The notes under the pieces were generated by a model. The model saw nothing but the letters and a program-made list of their open reading frames with translations. It ran no database searches and was not told the DNA's origin. A program made the translations under genes and the position numbers. Positions 48,207 to 57,742 of a stretch of DNA of 64,000 nucleotides are shown here, piece by piece (the stretch's first letter is position 1; each line of letters begins with the position of its first letter). The DNA comes from Candidatus Bathyarchaeota archaeon (GTDB taxonomy: Archaea > Thermoproteota > Bathyarchaeia > Bathyarchaeales > Bathycorpusculaceae): positions 32,001 to 96,000 of the forward strand of contig CAWAKC010000006.1 in assembly GCA_963782525.1 (NCBI GenBank), written 5' to 3'.

Positions 48207-48446
48207 TTAGGCTGGATTTTTCATCAAGTTCATGTTGAGCATTTCTGCCCAAGCCACATTTTTAAGAGGTACACGGGTGACTTTATGATTGCTTGACAGA
48301 GAGTACTCGAGTAGGTTGTTTTTTTTCCCTACGCCCTTGTGGATTTTTGTCAATTGAACGTTAACGATTACGGCTCCGTCTTTTAGGTGCAGGTTAACGT
48401 TTCTTCCGATAAATGATCGTGCACTATTAGCGCTAAAACTCTCCAT
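48207..48446 (-). CDS. Small protein with possible Sm/LSm-like beta fold
   Basis: FIGRNVNLHLKDG..I ... RVPL.NV pattern. Confidence 0.5.
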   Translation of the reverse strand: MESFSANSARSFIGRNVNLHLKDGAVIVNVQLTKIHKGVGKKNNLLEYSLSSNHKVTRVPLKNVAWAEMLNMNLMKNPA

Positions 48447-48448
48447 TT

Positions 48449-48586
48449 TTACCATTCCTCGTCTTGCTCTGAGATTTTGCTCCAGCATTGTTGGCAAATT
48501 GGCAGATTTTCGCCTTTAATTTGGATGTAGAGTTTAATGTTTTCACTGTGGCAGGTGTCTTTCCATGGGTTTTTACAATGTTCCAT
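48449..48586 (-). CDS. 45-aa Cys-rich microprotein (not in the ORF track)
   Basis: MEHCKNPW...C...ICQQCW; GAGG upstream; ends 2 bp before the next ATG. Confidence 0.65.
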   Translation of the reverse strand: MEHCKNPWKDTCHSENIKLYIQIKGENLPICQQCWSKISEQDEEW

Positions 48587-48719
48587 ATTTTTTCCTCACA
48601 CACCCCTTTTGGTGTTTTTGCTTTTAAGGCAGTTGCAGAAACATACTTTTGGTTCCGGGGAGGGGTCAGTGAAAGTAAAACTTTATACGGCAAGTTTTCG
48701 ATTAGTAACTTGTGAGTTA

Positions 48720-49165
48720 ATGGTTTTTAACCTCATTTTTGCAATAGTCACAGCGAGCTTACTTATCCAATTAGCGGTTTTGTCCCTTCTGATTTACGGT
48801 TACCTACTTTATCGACGGTTGAAGTTCCGTCAACACGGCATATCATGTCATACGCCGTTTTTGTGCAAGTTGCAGCGGTTTTCTCGATTATGGTTCCCTC
48901 GTTTGTTCTCGCAGTTTTCCCATACTACGTCGTCCCACACACATTAGAATTGGTATCTATCGTTAGCTTAATCCACGAGGTCACTGGCGGCTTAGCATTC
49001 GCTCTCGGCGTTTGGTTTGTTGCTTCCTGGCGTTTCCGCAAAGACTTCAAAGGTTGCTTTAACAAAAGAAAATTGATGCTCGCAACGATGGTTGTCTGGG
49101 TAACAGCCTTAGCTTTTGGAATAACATTGTACACGATTTTCAACTGGGCTATTCTGATGGGTTAA
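48720..49165 (+). pseudogene. 4-TM membrane protein (DUF420-like) split by a 1-nt deletion near 48840
   Basis: ..RQHG.(I)MSYAV continues across frames; H...G in the third TM. Confidence 0.6.
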
Positions 49166-49703
49166 ACTCAACGATTTGGGGCACAATGGCTTCTTTAGTG
49201 ATTTTTAGTAACCCAACCGAAGGCTTATTGAAGGGAGAACTGGGGTTAGTTGCGCTTCCAGGGTTAATGTATAGAATATTGTTTTCCCAACTAATGTTTG
49301 CCTTGTGAGTGTGCCCACAAACAAAAACGTTAAACCCATTCTGCTGGACGATTTCTATGCTTTTGGCTAAGCCGAAGGCAATGTCTGGATCATGCATCAC
49401 GCCGATTTTCCAATCAAAAACCTTCATTGAATTGAGCATTGGAAACGCAGTGTTAACTTCTAAGCCGTCCATGTTGCCGTGAACCGCCAACACGGGGGCA
49501 ATCTGTTCTAGCTCATCTATTACAGCCAACTCTACTACGTCGCCTGCGTGTATTATGTAGTCAGCGCCTTCAAAGATTTCAAAAACTCTCTTGGGCAGGC
49601 ATCTTGCTTGTTTGGGAACATGCGTGTCTGCGATTAAGCCTATGGTTTTTACTACTTTGTAGTCTGGGGGGTCTTTGTTTATGAGTGCTTGTCCACCGAA
49701 CAT
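49149..49703 (-). CDS. YfcE-like metallophosphoesterase
   Basis: DTH, HAGD, GNMD, GHTH and NPGS motifs. Confidence 0.92.
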   Translation of the reverse strand: MFGGQALINKDPPDYKVVKTIGLIADTHVPKQARCLPKRVFEIFEGADYIIHAGDVVELAVIDELEQIAPVLAVHGNMDGLEVNTAFPMLNSMKVFDWKIGVMHDPDIAFGLAKSIEIVQQNGFNVFVCGHTHKANISWENNILYINPGSATNPSSPFNKPSVGLLKITKEAIVPQIVEFNPSE

Positions 49704-49799
49704 TTTGGTTGCCTCTTAAGCAGGCGGGTCTTCGATAATACATGTATGTTTGACAATAAATATTGAACTGTTGGAAAATTGAAAAAAATAAAAAAGAAG

Positions 49800-51158
49800 T
49801 TAAGTCATGAATCTTTTGACCGTCTCGTAGAATATGCTGGTTCCAAAAACAAGATTTTCAATGGTTATTCGTTCATCGATGCCGTGCATGCGCTTTTCCA
49901 GTTCATCGTTAGGTTCGTCTGGTCGCATTGGATGGAAACCGTAGCATATGCTGCCTGTTTCTCTAAAGAAGCGTGAATCTGTACCACCCGTAGTCAGGGT
50001 CGGTGTTACGCCACAGGTTGGTTCAAACTCTTTTAGAACATCTGTGATGGCGCCGTAGAGCGGGGTTTGAGTGGTTGATTCGTTGCCATCATGCATCTGA
50101 ATAATCTCAAAACTCAATTTATCCATGCCGATACCTTTAAGCAGAGTTTTGATTGTGGAAAGCGCTTCATCTACACTTTGTCCGGGCAATACTCGGCAAT
50201 CGAAAACGGTGTCGCATTCTGATGGGATAATGTTTTCTTTTATTCCGCCATGAATTATTGTTGGTGTGATGGTCATTTTGGTTCTCGGCCTTATTTCTTC
50301 AGCCAACGCCTTATCTGTCTTAGCTAATTCGTCAAGGATTTGTTCGCTCTGCTTTGGATTTTTGAGTAAACGTGAAAAATCCGTTTCCAGGTCGGGGTTG
50401 AGTTTTGCTACTTCAATAAGAAATTGCCTAAGGGTTGGCACATACAATGTTTCTGGTTGGTAGTCTCCAAGTTTAGTTATGACTTTGTTCATTCTTACGA
50501 TAGCGTTGTCTGCCATGTTTGGTGTTGAACCGTGTCCAGGAGTGCCTTTGGCTTTTATTTTGAACCAAAGGATGCCTTTTTCGGCTGTTTGTACTGGGTA
50601 GATGTTGCCTTTTTTCTGTGGAATGGCTAATCCTCCACCCTCGTTGAGGACGTAAGGGCACCAAACCTTTTCTTTTTGGTTCTGCAATAGGTAGCCTGCG
50701 CCTTCTTCGCCGCCTTTTTCCTCGTCAGCGGTCGCTGCCAAAACTATGTCGCCTTTGAGCGGGACCTTGTTTCTTTTGAGGAGCAGAAGAGTTAACACTT
50801 CCACAGCAGTCATGCCTTTCATGTCGTATGCCCCCCTGCCGAAGACATAGCCGTCTTTAACTGTGCCAGCAAACGGGTCAACGCTCCATTCCGCAGGGTT
50901 CGCAGATACAACGTCCAAATGTGAAAGCAATAGTAAGTTAGGTTTTTCACCCGAGCCATTTAATCGAGTGATTACGCTGCCCCTGCCTGGTGCCGACTCG
51001 ATGATTTCGGATTTTAATCCATCTTTTGCGAGGTATTCGGCTATGAAATGTGCTGCTTTTGTCTCGTTTCCAGGAGGGTTAGTTGTGTTTATACGAATTA
51101 AATCGCTAAGAAAATGTGTGATTTCCTGTTCTATCTGGTTTTGTATTTGTATCGGCAT
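49800..51158 (-). CDS. M20/M25/M40 family metallopeptidase
   Basis: SHLDVV, GRGA.DMKG, DEE, GHGS, GGTD and HG.DE motifs. Confidence 0.92.
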   Translation of the reverse strand: MPIQIQNQIEQEITHFLSDLIRINTTNPPGNETKAAHFIAEYLAKDGLKSEIIESAPGRGSVITRLNGSGEKPNLLLLSHLDVVSANPAEWSVDPFAGTVKDGYVFGRGAYDMKGMTAVEVLTLLLLKRNKVPLKGDIVLAATADEEKGGEEGAGYLLQNQKEKVWCPYVLNEGGGLAIPQKKGNIYPVQTAEKGILWFKIKAKGTPGHGSTPNMADNAIVRMNKVITKLGDYQPETLYVPTLRQFLIEVAKLNPDLETDFSRLLKNPKQSEQILDELAKTDKALAEEIRPRTKMTITPTIIHGGIKENIIPSECDTVFDCRVLPGQSVDEALSTIKTLLKGIGMDKLSFEIIQMHDGNESTTQTPLYGAITDVLKEFEPTCGVTPTLTTGGTDSRFFRETGSICYGFHPMRPDEPNDELEKRMHGIDERITIENLVFGTSIFYETVKRFMT

Positions 51159-51321
51159 GTTTTTTGGGCTCCCCCCCTGTTTAGAACAGGTTTTTTCTCT
51201 TAAGAGTTCCTGTTGTATGTCTGCATGTTGTGCTGGAAGTTTTTCTGGTTATCCAACATGATGTTTATATATGATGGCAAAAAATGCTATTGGATAACAA
51301 AAAGCGGTTAAGTTGATTGTA

Positions 51322-51840
51322 ATGAAAGAATTGAAACCAATTGACTACAAGATTCTGTTTGAGCTCATGAAAGACTCGCACAGAAGCGACAGGCAACTTG
51401 CAAAAGCCTTAGGTGTTTCTCAGCCGACAGTGACTCGAAGACGAGCAATGCTGGAAGAAAACTATATAGAAGGGTACACTGTGATTCCTAAATTCGGGCA
51501 AATAGGGTTTGAAATAGCTGCAATAACATTTTTGAAGAGTAAACTAAAATATGCAGCTGGCCAAGAGAAAACTCAGGCATTACATAAGATTAAAGAATGG
51601 TTCATGAAGCAAACCAACGTAATTATGGCTTTAGACGGAAGAGGCATGGGTTGGGATACAGTTTGCATTTCGCTTCATGAAAACTTCGAAAACTTTGCAG
51701 AGTTCATCAGGGCTCTTGATTCAGAAATGTCAGATTGGGTTGTTGAAAGCCAAACTTTCAATGCTGACTTAAAGGGCGGAATAGTAATTAAGCCATTCCA
51801 CCTCAAATATTTGGCTTCCCAAAAAACAGCCACAATCTAA
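51322..51840 (+). CDS. Lrp/AsnC family transcriptional regulator
   Basis: D.KIL.EL....RSDRQLAK.LGVSQPTV.RR. Confidence 0.85.
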   Translation: MKELKPIDYKILFELMKDSHRSDRQLAKALGVSQPTVTRRRAMLEENYIEGYTVIPKFGQIGFEIAAITFLKSKLKYAAGQEKTQALHKIKEWFMKQTNVIMALDGRGMGWDTVCISLHENFENFAEFIRALDSEMSDWVVESQTFNADLKGGIVIKPFHLKYLASQKTATI

Positions 51841-52215
51841 ACCTGAACCCTTTTTTCTTTCTTTATTTTCTTAATTAAATGTTCCAGAGCACTCTAACTA
51901 TTATTTATCAAAAAGGAATCATGAACAATTAAGCTGAGGCTTATTTTCGATTAACTTTCTTTAGCAACCGTTTTTTAGGCAGCTTTGGCTTTTTTGTTCG
52001 AGTTGCATCAACGGTCAAACCAATCTACCTGATTTATTATTGTCGTACTCTAATTATAAGGTAATGGGCTTTCCAGCTTTCAGGGTCGATTTTCAAAGGC
52101 TTGGCAACTTGTTTTCTCTTTTTTTAAGGAACAAAGCCCACATGTGAGGGTAAAAGCATATATCTGTTAACTTGCCCTCTTTATTTTTTATATTTAAGTC
52201 TAAATAGGCGAAAAT

Positions 52216-53127
52216 ATGGCTTTATCGGACAAAATTCTAAAACTTAAGAAAGAAAAGAAAGCAGTGATTCTGGCTCATAATTATCAACGACCAGAAATTC
52301 AGGATATTGCCGATTATGTCGGAGACAGTATCGAACTTAGTCGAAAAGCAGTTGAAGATAAGGACGCGGAGATAATCGTTTTTTCAGCAGTAGATTTTAT
52401 GGCTGAATCGGCAGCGATTTTGAACCCAAAAAAGAGGGTTCTTTTGCCTTGTTTAGGTGCTCGTTGCCCGATGGCGCAGATGCTGACGGTTGATGAGATT
52501 AAACGCGCTAAAAAGCAGTATCCGGGTGCACCAGCGGTTTTGTACGTTAATACTTTGGCTTCATGTAAAGCTGAATGCGACGTCTGCTGCACAAGCGCCA
52601 ACGCCGTCGAAGTTATAAAATCTCTCGACGCAGACACAATTCTGTTTGGCCCCGATAAGAACCTAGCTGAATACGTCAGTGAAAAAACAGGCAAAAAACT
52701 AATCCCAATTCCAGCCAACGGTTTCTGCCCCACGCACCTCTTATTTCAGCCTGAAGACGTTAAAGTCCTCAAGATGCAGCATCCAGACGCCATCGCGATG
52801 GCTCATCCTGAATGTAGCTCCGAAATGCGTAAAGCCGCAGACTTTATCGGTAGCACCTCAAAAATGTGCCGTTACGCCAAAGAATCCCACGCTAAAGACT
52901 TCGTAGTCGGTACCGAAGAAGGCATCCTGCATCGATTGCGCAAAGAAAACCCACAGAAAAACTTCTATCTCGCTTACGAAGGCGCCATTTGCCCCAACAT
53001 GAAATTAACAACGCTTGACGGACTATACCTTGCTTTAAAAGAGGAGAAGAATGTGGTTACGGTTCCTGAATCGGTCGCAAAGAAGGCTCGTGCCTCGTTG
53101 GAAAGGATGTTTGAAGTCAAAAGTTAA
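52216..53127 (+). CDS. nadA: Quinolinate synthase
   Basis: AHNYQ, GDS, FMAE, CPMA, YVN, CPTH, HPEC and CPNM motifs. Confidence 0.95.
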   Translation: MALSDKILKLKKEKKAVILAHNYQRPEIQDIADYVGDSIELSRKAVEDKDAEIIVFSAVDFMAESAAILNPKKRVLLPCLGARCPMAQMLTVDEIKRAKKQYPGAPAVLYVNTLASCKAECDVCCTSANAVEVIKSLDADTILFGPDKNLAEYVSEKTGKKLIPIPANGFCPTHLLFQPEDVKVLKMQHPDAIAMAHPECSSEMRKAADFIGSTSKMCRYAKESHAKDFVVGTEEGILHRLRKENPQKNFYLAYEGAICPNMKLTTLDGLYLALKEEKNVVTVPESVAKKARASLERMFEVKS

Positions 53128-53531
53128 ACTGAAACGATCATTGATTTGAGGATTTTTACTCCTCTTCTTGAGGCTAAATGGTCGCTTAGGTGCCTGATCT
53201 CTGAGCCTTTGCCTTTCACCGCGATGACTTCGAGGCAGTCGCGTTCGCCCAGATGTATGTGCATTGTCGAAGAAATTAATTCAGTGTGTTGGTGCTGTTC
53301 TTCCGTTAGGTCGCTTTCTAAACCTTTTGTGTCATGGTCGTAAACCATCAATAATACGCCCGTTTGCTGTGCGTTTTCCTCTTTTACCCACTTGCGTTCA
53401 GAAACGTAGAGTCGGACTGCATCTTGGATGGCTTTGCTACGGCTTTCGTAGCCCATTTTTGTGGTGATTTCGTCGAAGTCTTTGAGGAGTTCAGGTGGAA
53501 ATGTTACCCCTATGCGGACGATTTTAGACAT
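53124..53531 (-). CDS. nikR: Nickel-responsive regulator NikR
   Basis: RHH N-terminus, SRS.AI.DA and H.H.....CLEVI motifs. Confidence 0.93.
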   Translation of the reverse strand: MSKIVRIGVTFPPELLKDFDEITTKMGYESRSKAIQDAVRLYVSERKWVKEENAQQTGVLLMVYDHDTKGLESDLTEEQHQHTELISSTMHIHLGERDCLEVIAVKGKGSEIRHLSDHLASRRGVKILKSMIVSV

Positions 53532-53582
53532 AGCTATTCACAGTTAGAAATTGTTTGTTGTGCCTAAAAGCTTTTATACATA

Positions 53583-53614
53583 CAGTAACACGTTTCACAA
53601 GTAAAGTGTTACTG
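53583..53614. promoter_or_regulatory. Putative NikR operator
   Basis: Perfect inverted repeat CAGTAACAC-N14-GTGTTACTG (core GTAACA-N16-TGTTAC) just downstream of the TATA-like TTTTATA. Confidence 0.75.
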
Positions 53615-53629
53615 AGGGCAGAAAAAAAG

Positions 53630-54700
53630 ATGGTGAACCAAGCAACAATCAACCTCTCACGCAATGAAAAAATAAAAATAGCCACAATCTTCGCCGTGCT
53701 AATAACTATCACCGCAATCGGGTTCTCGGCAGCATTCGTCATCGGAAAAATCGCTGTCGTCCTCGGAGGTTTAGGTATCGTTGCCTATGTTTTCGGGTTA
53801 CGTCATGGAGTTGACGCAGACCACATCGCAGCCATCGACAACACTACACGCAAACTCATGCAAGAAGGCAAACGCCCTACCACCGTTGGCATGTGGTTCT
53901 CTTTGGGTCATTCAACGGTAGTTGTGGCCCTGATAATCGCTTTGATACTGGCGACAAGAGCCGTCGCAACGAACATATCTGCCCTTCAGAGCACTGGCGC
54001 CATCTTAGGCACGCTGGTTTCTGGAAGTTTCCTTTGGATTATCGGCTTCATTAACGCTGTCATCGTGATTGGTATTTACAAGATTTTCCAAACCCTAAAA
54101 CAGGGCAAACTCAACCAAGAAGGACTCGACAACTTGCTCGAAAATCGTGGGTTTATGAATCGCTTCTTTCGCCCACTTTTCAGAGTTATTAGCAAACCTT
54201 GGCACATCTACCCCGTCGGTGTACTCTTCGGGTTAGGATTTGATACTGCCAGTGAAGTTGCCCTCATTGCTATAAGCGTGGGCATTGGCGTTTCCACGAG
54301 TATCCCCCTCTACTACATCTTAATTTTGCCGTTGCTGTTTACCTGTGGAATGGTGACGGTTGACACTGCAGACGGTGTCGCCATGCGGGTTGCTTACGGC
54401 TGGGCGTTCCTAAATCCCATCAGAAAAATATACTACAACCTCACAGTCACTGTCATCTCAGTCCTCGTAGCATGGGCAATAGGAACAATAGAGCTTCTGC
54501 AAGTGCTCTCAACCGAATTAAACCTCAACGGGGTATTCTGGAGCTGGCTCAACGCCATAAACTTTGAAATGATAGGCTTCGGAATAATCGGTATATTCAT
54601 TTTGTCTTGGCTGGCTTCCTTTGGCTACTGGCGATACAAAAAATACGACAAACTGGACCCGTTTACCAAAACACCGCAAGCCCCGATTAAAGCCACCTAA
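53630..54700 (+). CDS. HoxN/HupN/NixA (NiCoT) nickel/cobalt transporter
   Basis: RHGVDADHIAAID, FSLGHS and GLGFDTASE motifs. Confidence 0.93.
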   Translation: MVNQATINLSRNEKIKIATIFAVLITITAIGFSAAFVIGKIAVVLGGLGIVAYVFGLRHGVDADHIAAIDNTTRKLMQEGKRPTTVGMWFSLGHSTVVVALIIALILATRAVATNISALQSTGAILGTLVSGSFLWIIGFINAVIVIGIYKIFQTLKQGKLNQEGLDNLLENRGFMNRFFRPLFRVISKPWHIYPVGVLFGLGFDTASEVALIAISVGIGVSTSIPLYYILILPLLFTCGMVTVDTADGVAMRVAYGWAFLNPIRKIYYNLTVTVISVLVAWAIGTIELLQVLSTELNLNGVFWSWLNAINFEMIGFGIIGIFILSWLASFGYWRYKKYDKLDPFTKTPQAPIKAT

Positions 54701-54753
54701 ATCCTGCAGTCGTTTTGAAAAGTTTTTATCACTGATTTAATCATCTAAGGCTG

Positions 54754-55644
54754 ATGTCGGGCAAAGAATTTTTCATAGACCGCTACGAACGGCTAGGCTG
54801 GCACTACCAAGAGGTCGCGCTACGCCAAGTCATCCGCGTAAACAATACTAACGCGAAAGGCAAAAAACTCATCCAAAGGCTCTCAGACTTAGGCGTGCAC
54901 CTACAAAAAATTCCGTTCCTCGAATCAGGTTACTGGGTGCTGGACTCAAAAGTTTCCGCTGGCGCAACTGCCGAATACCTGCTTGGGTATTATTCGATTC
55001 AGGAAGCAGCCGCGCAAATCCCCGTTTCAGTTTTTACGCGCCTCAAAGGCAAAAAAGTGCTCGATGTAGCTGCAGCTCCGGGCGGTAAAACCATACATTT
55101 GGCGGATTTGATGGAGAATTTGGGTGGAATTGTGGCTTTGGATGTGGATAAGTGGCGGTTGAACGCGTTAGTTAACCACGTGGAGCGTTGCCGCGTTAGT
55201 AACGTGGTGGTTTACTTGTTGGATGCACGTCAAGCTTCAACCTTGGGCTTCAAGTTTGATAGGGTGTTGGTTGATGCCCCTTGCTCAGGGAATTTTGCAG
55301 CCGACAAAAACTGGTTCTCAAATCGAACCCTAAAAGATGTTGAGCGCAACGCTGGCTTGCAACGGGAACTTCTAATGGAAGCGGCAGGTTGCCTAAGTGA
55401 CGAGGGAGAAATGGTTTACTCGACCTGTTCTCTTGAGCCTGAAGAAAACGAGCTGAACATAGATTGGGCAATAAAAAACCTCAACCTGCAAACTGAAGAA
55501 ATATACTGCAGCGGAGAAAAAGGATTAACCAACGTCTTCGGCAAACAACTAGACCTATCGATTAAAAACTGCAAACGACTGTGGCCCGGAGAAACTCAGG
55601 GCTTCTTTATTTGCAAACTGAAAAAACGGAGCCCACAAACATGA
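54754..55644 (+). CDS. RsmB/NOP2/Sun family RNA m5C methyltransferase
   Basis: AAPGGKT, DAPCSG and YSTCS...ENE motifs. Confidence 0.92.
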   Translation: MSGKEFFIDRYERLGWHYQEVALRQVIRVNNTNAKGKKLIQRLSDLGVHLQKIPFLESGYWVLDSKVSAGATAEYLLGYYSIQEAAAQIPVSVFTRLKGKKVLDVAAAPGGKTIHLADLMENLGGIVALDVDKWRLNALVNHVERCRVSNVVVYLLDARQASTLGFKFDRVLVDAPCSGNFAADKNWFSNRTLKDVERNAGLQRELLMEAAGCLSDEGEMVYSTCSLEPEENELNIDWAIKNLNLQTEEIYCSGEKGLTNVFGKQLDLSIKNCKRLWPGETQGFFICKLKKRSPQT

Positions 55645-56114
55645 ACACCCGCACAATAACACACTTTGCCGCACAATTCGGCGTACAAATCGCGTTAAAC
55701 TTGGATTTGATGGTTGAGCACACTGGGCGTTTTTACCTTGTAAATCCAGTTGTGAAACCGCTGGTTCGGCAAGATTTTTTTTCAGCGGGAGTTTATTTAG
55801 GAAAAGCGAAGGAAGGCAAGTTCTTTCCAAGCTTTTACTTGCTCGGGATGCTTGCGAAAAAAGAAGCTAACCGAATTATTTTGGATAAGAAAGCAGCCTG
55901 GCTCTTTATCTGCAGCAGGGATATTTTGAGGAAAAGTATAATGCGTGTTCAGGGTCCTGGCAAGAAGGATACGAATACTTTGGTGTTTAACGAATTTGGC
56001 GAATGTTTAGGTTTTGGCAGAATTGTTGAAAAATTGCGTGATTCCGCCGTTGGTAATGAAATTGTGGTGAGAAACGTATTGGATATTGGTGATTTCCTTC
56101 GTAGAGAGCGATAA
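55641..56114 (+). CDS. NIP7-like PUA domain protein
   Basis: G.YLG, LF...RDI, CLGFG and DIG.FLRRE motifs; ATGA overlap. Confidence 0.75.
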   Translation: MNTRTITHFAAQFGVQIALNLDLMVEHTGRFYLVNPVVKPLVRQDFFSAGVYLGKAKEGKFFPSFYLLGMLAKKEANRIILDKKAAWLFICSRDILRKSIMRVQGPGKKDTNTLVFNEFGECLGFGRIVEKLRDSAVGNEIVVRNVLDIGDFLRRER

Positions 56115-56333
56115 TGGCGGAATTTTTGGTTATTTGACTAGTTTAAAAGTGTTTTCTGTCTTTTTTTACCGTGAATTAATCAAGAGGTCTTTCGCACACT
56201 ATTTTAGAAATTTGCTTACTTTCTGGACATTTATCGATGCTATTGTAGCGATAAATTTATATATGTTTATGTTTAATCTGATTTCCATAACATATGGAGA
56301 CTAAAGCCAAACCTCACAAGGAGAATAAGCAAA

Positions 56334-57698
56334 ATGAAAAATTTCAAAAACCCCGCGTGGAAAGAAGCAGTATCCAAAGTTATCCAACAAATCCAAGAAC
56401 AGGAAATTAAATTCGTCAGACTACAGTTCACCGACATTAATGGCATGCTAAAGAACATAGCTGTAAATTCAAAGAACATGGAAAGCATCTTTGAAAACGG
56501 CCAATCCTTCGACGGATCATCTATCACCGGTTACCGACCAATCGAAGAATCTGACATGGTTCTCTTCCCAGACCCAACAACCTTCGCAGTTTTACCTTGG
56601 AGACCAAAAGAGAAATCGTCCTGCAGACTCCTTTGCGACATCTATACTCCTCAGAACAAACGTTTTGAAGGCGACCCACGTTACGTTCTTGAACGCACCG
56701 TAGAAAAAGCCGCAAAAGCAGGTTACACTTTCATTTGTGCTCCCGAACTAGAATTCTTCATAGTGAAAGAGAGCGAAACAGGTGGCTTACCAACTCCCAT
56801 TGACTTAGCAGGCTATTTCGATTTTCACCCCAGCGACTTAACTGATGATTTACGACGAGAAATTGCAGATACGGCAGAAGCTTTCGGCATAGAAATCGAG
56901 CTAAGCCACCACGAAGTCGCGTTGGGACAAAACGAAATTGACTTCAAATATGGAGAAGCCCTAATTACTGCTGATCGAGCCATAACCATGAAGATGTGTG
57001 GCAAAGTAGTTGCTGCGCGAGCAGGCTACGTTACCACCTACATGCCTAAACCCTTCCAAGGCATCAACGGCAGCGGTATGCACGTTCACCAAAGCCTATG
57101 GAACAAAGACGTAACCCAAAACATGTTCTACTCAGATGACGAAAAGAACGGTTACCTCTCAGATTTAGCGCGAAACTTCATCGGTGGACAACTCGCTCAC
57201 GGACGAAAAATGTGCGCTGTTCTGGATTCATGGCCTAACAGTTTCAAACGTTTAGTCCCGGGCTACGAAGCCCCAGTTTACCTTGCATGGGCACACAAGA
57301 ACCGCAGCCCACTCATCCGCGTACCCAACTTTGGCGGAAGAAAAGGCGCAGCAAGATGCGAAATCCGATGTCCAGACGGTTCAGGAAACCCATACCTACA
57401 GTTCGCAGTGCTCCTAGCAACAGGCTTAGACGGCATAAAGAACAAGATTGATCCAGGCGACCCAGTTGAACTAAACGTTTACCACATGACCTATGACGAA
57501 CGCAAAGCCCGCGGAATAGTTTCGCTACCAGAATCACTAAAAGAAGCACTCGACGAACTTGAAACAAGCGAACTCATGCGTGAAACTCTCGGGCAAACAG
57601 CATTCGAAAACTTCCTCAAAGAAAAACGCAACGAATGGGACCTATACCGCACCCAAGTTACCGAATGGGAAGTTAACCGCTACATAAAACGCCTCTAA
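56334..57698 (+). CDS. glnA: Glutamine synthetase type I
   Basis: FDGSS, HHEV, MPKP..G.NGSGMH and RLVPGYEAP motifs. Confidence 0.95.
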   Translation: MKNFKNPAWKEAVSKVIQQIQEQEIKFVRLQFTDINGMLKNIAVNSKNMESIFENGQSFDGSSITGYRPIEESDMVLFPDPTTFAVLPWRPKEKSSCRLLCDIYTPQNKRFEGDPRYVLERTVEKAAKAGYTFICAPELEFFIVKESETGGLPTPIDLAGYFDFHPSDLTDDLRREIADTAEAFGIEIELSHHEVALGQNEIDFKYGEALITADRAITMKMCGKVVAARAGYVTTYMPKPFQGINGSGMHVHQSLWNKDVTQNMFYSDDEKNGYLSDLARNFIGGQLAHGRKMCAVLDSWPNSFKRLVPGYEAPVYLAWAHKNRSPLIRVPNFGGRKGAARCEIRCPDGSGNPYLQFAVLLATGLDGIKNKIDPGDPVELNVYHMTYDERKARGIVSLPESLKEALDELETSELMRETLGQTAFENFLKEKRNEWDLYRTQVTEWEVNRYIKRL

Positions 57699-57742
57699 AC
57701 CCAAAAAAGCCTCTTTGAGGCTCAACAATTTATTTTTCTTTT

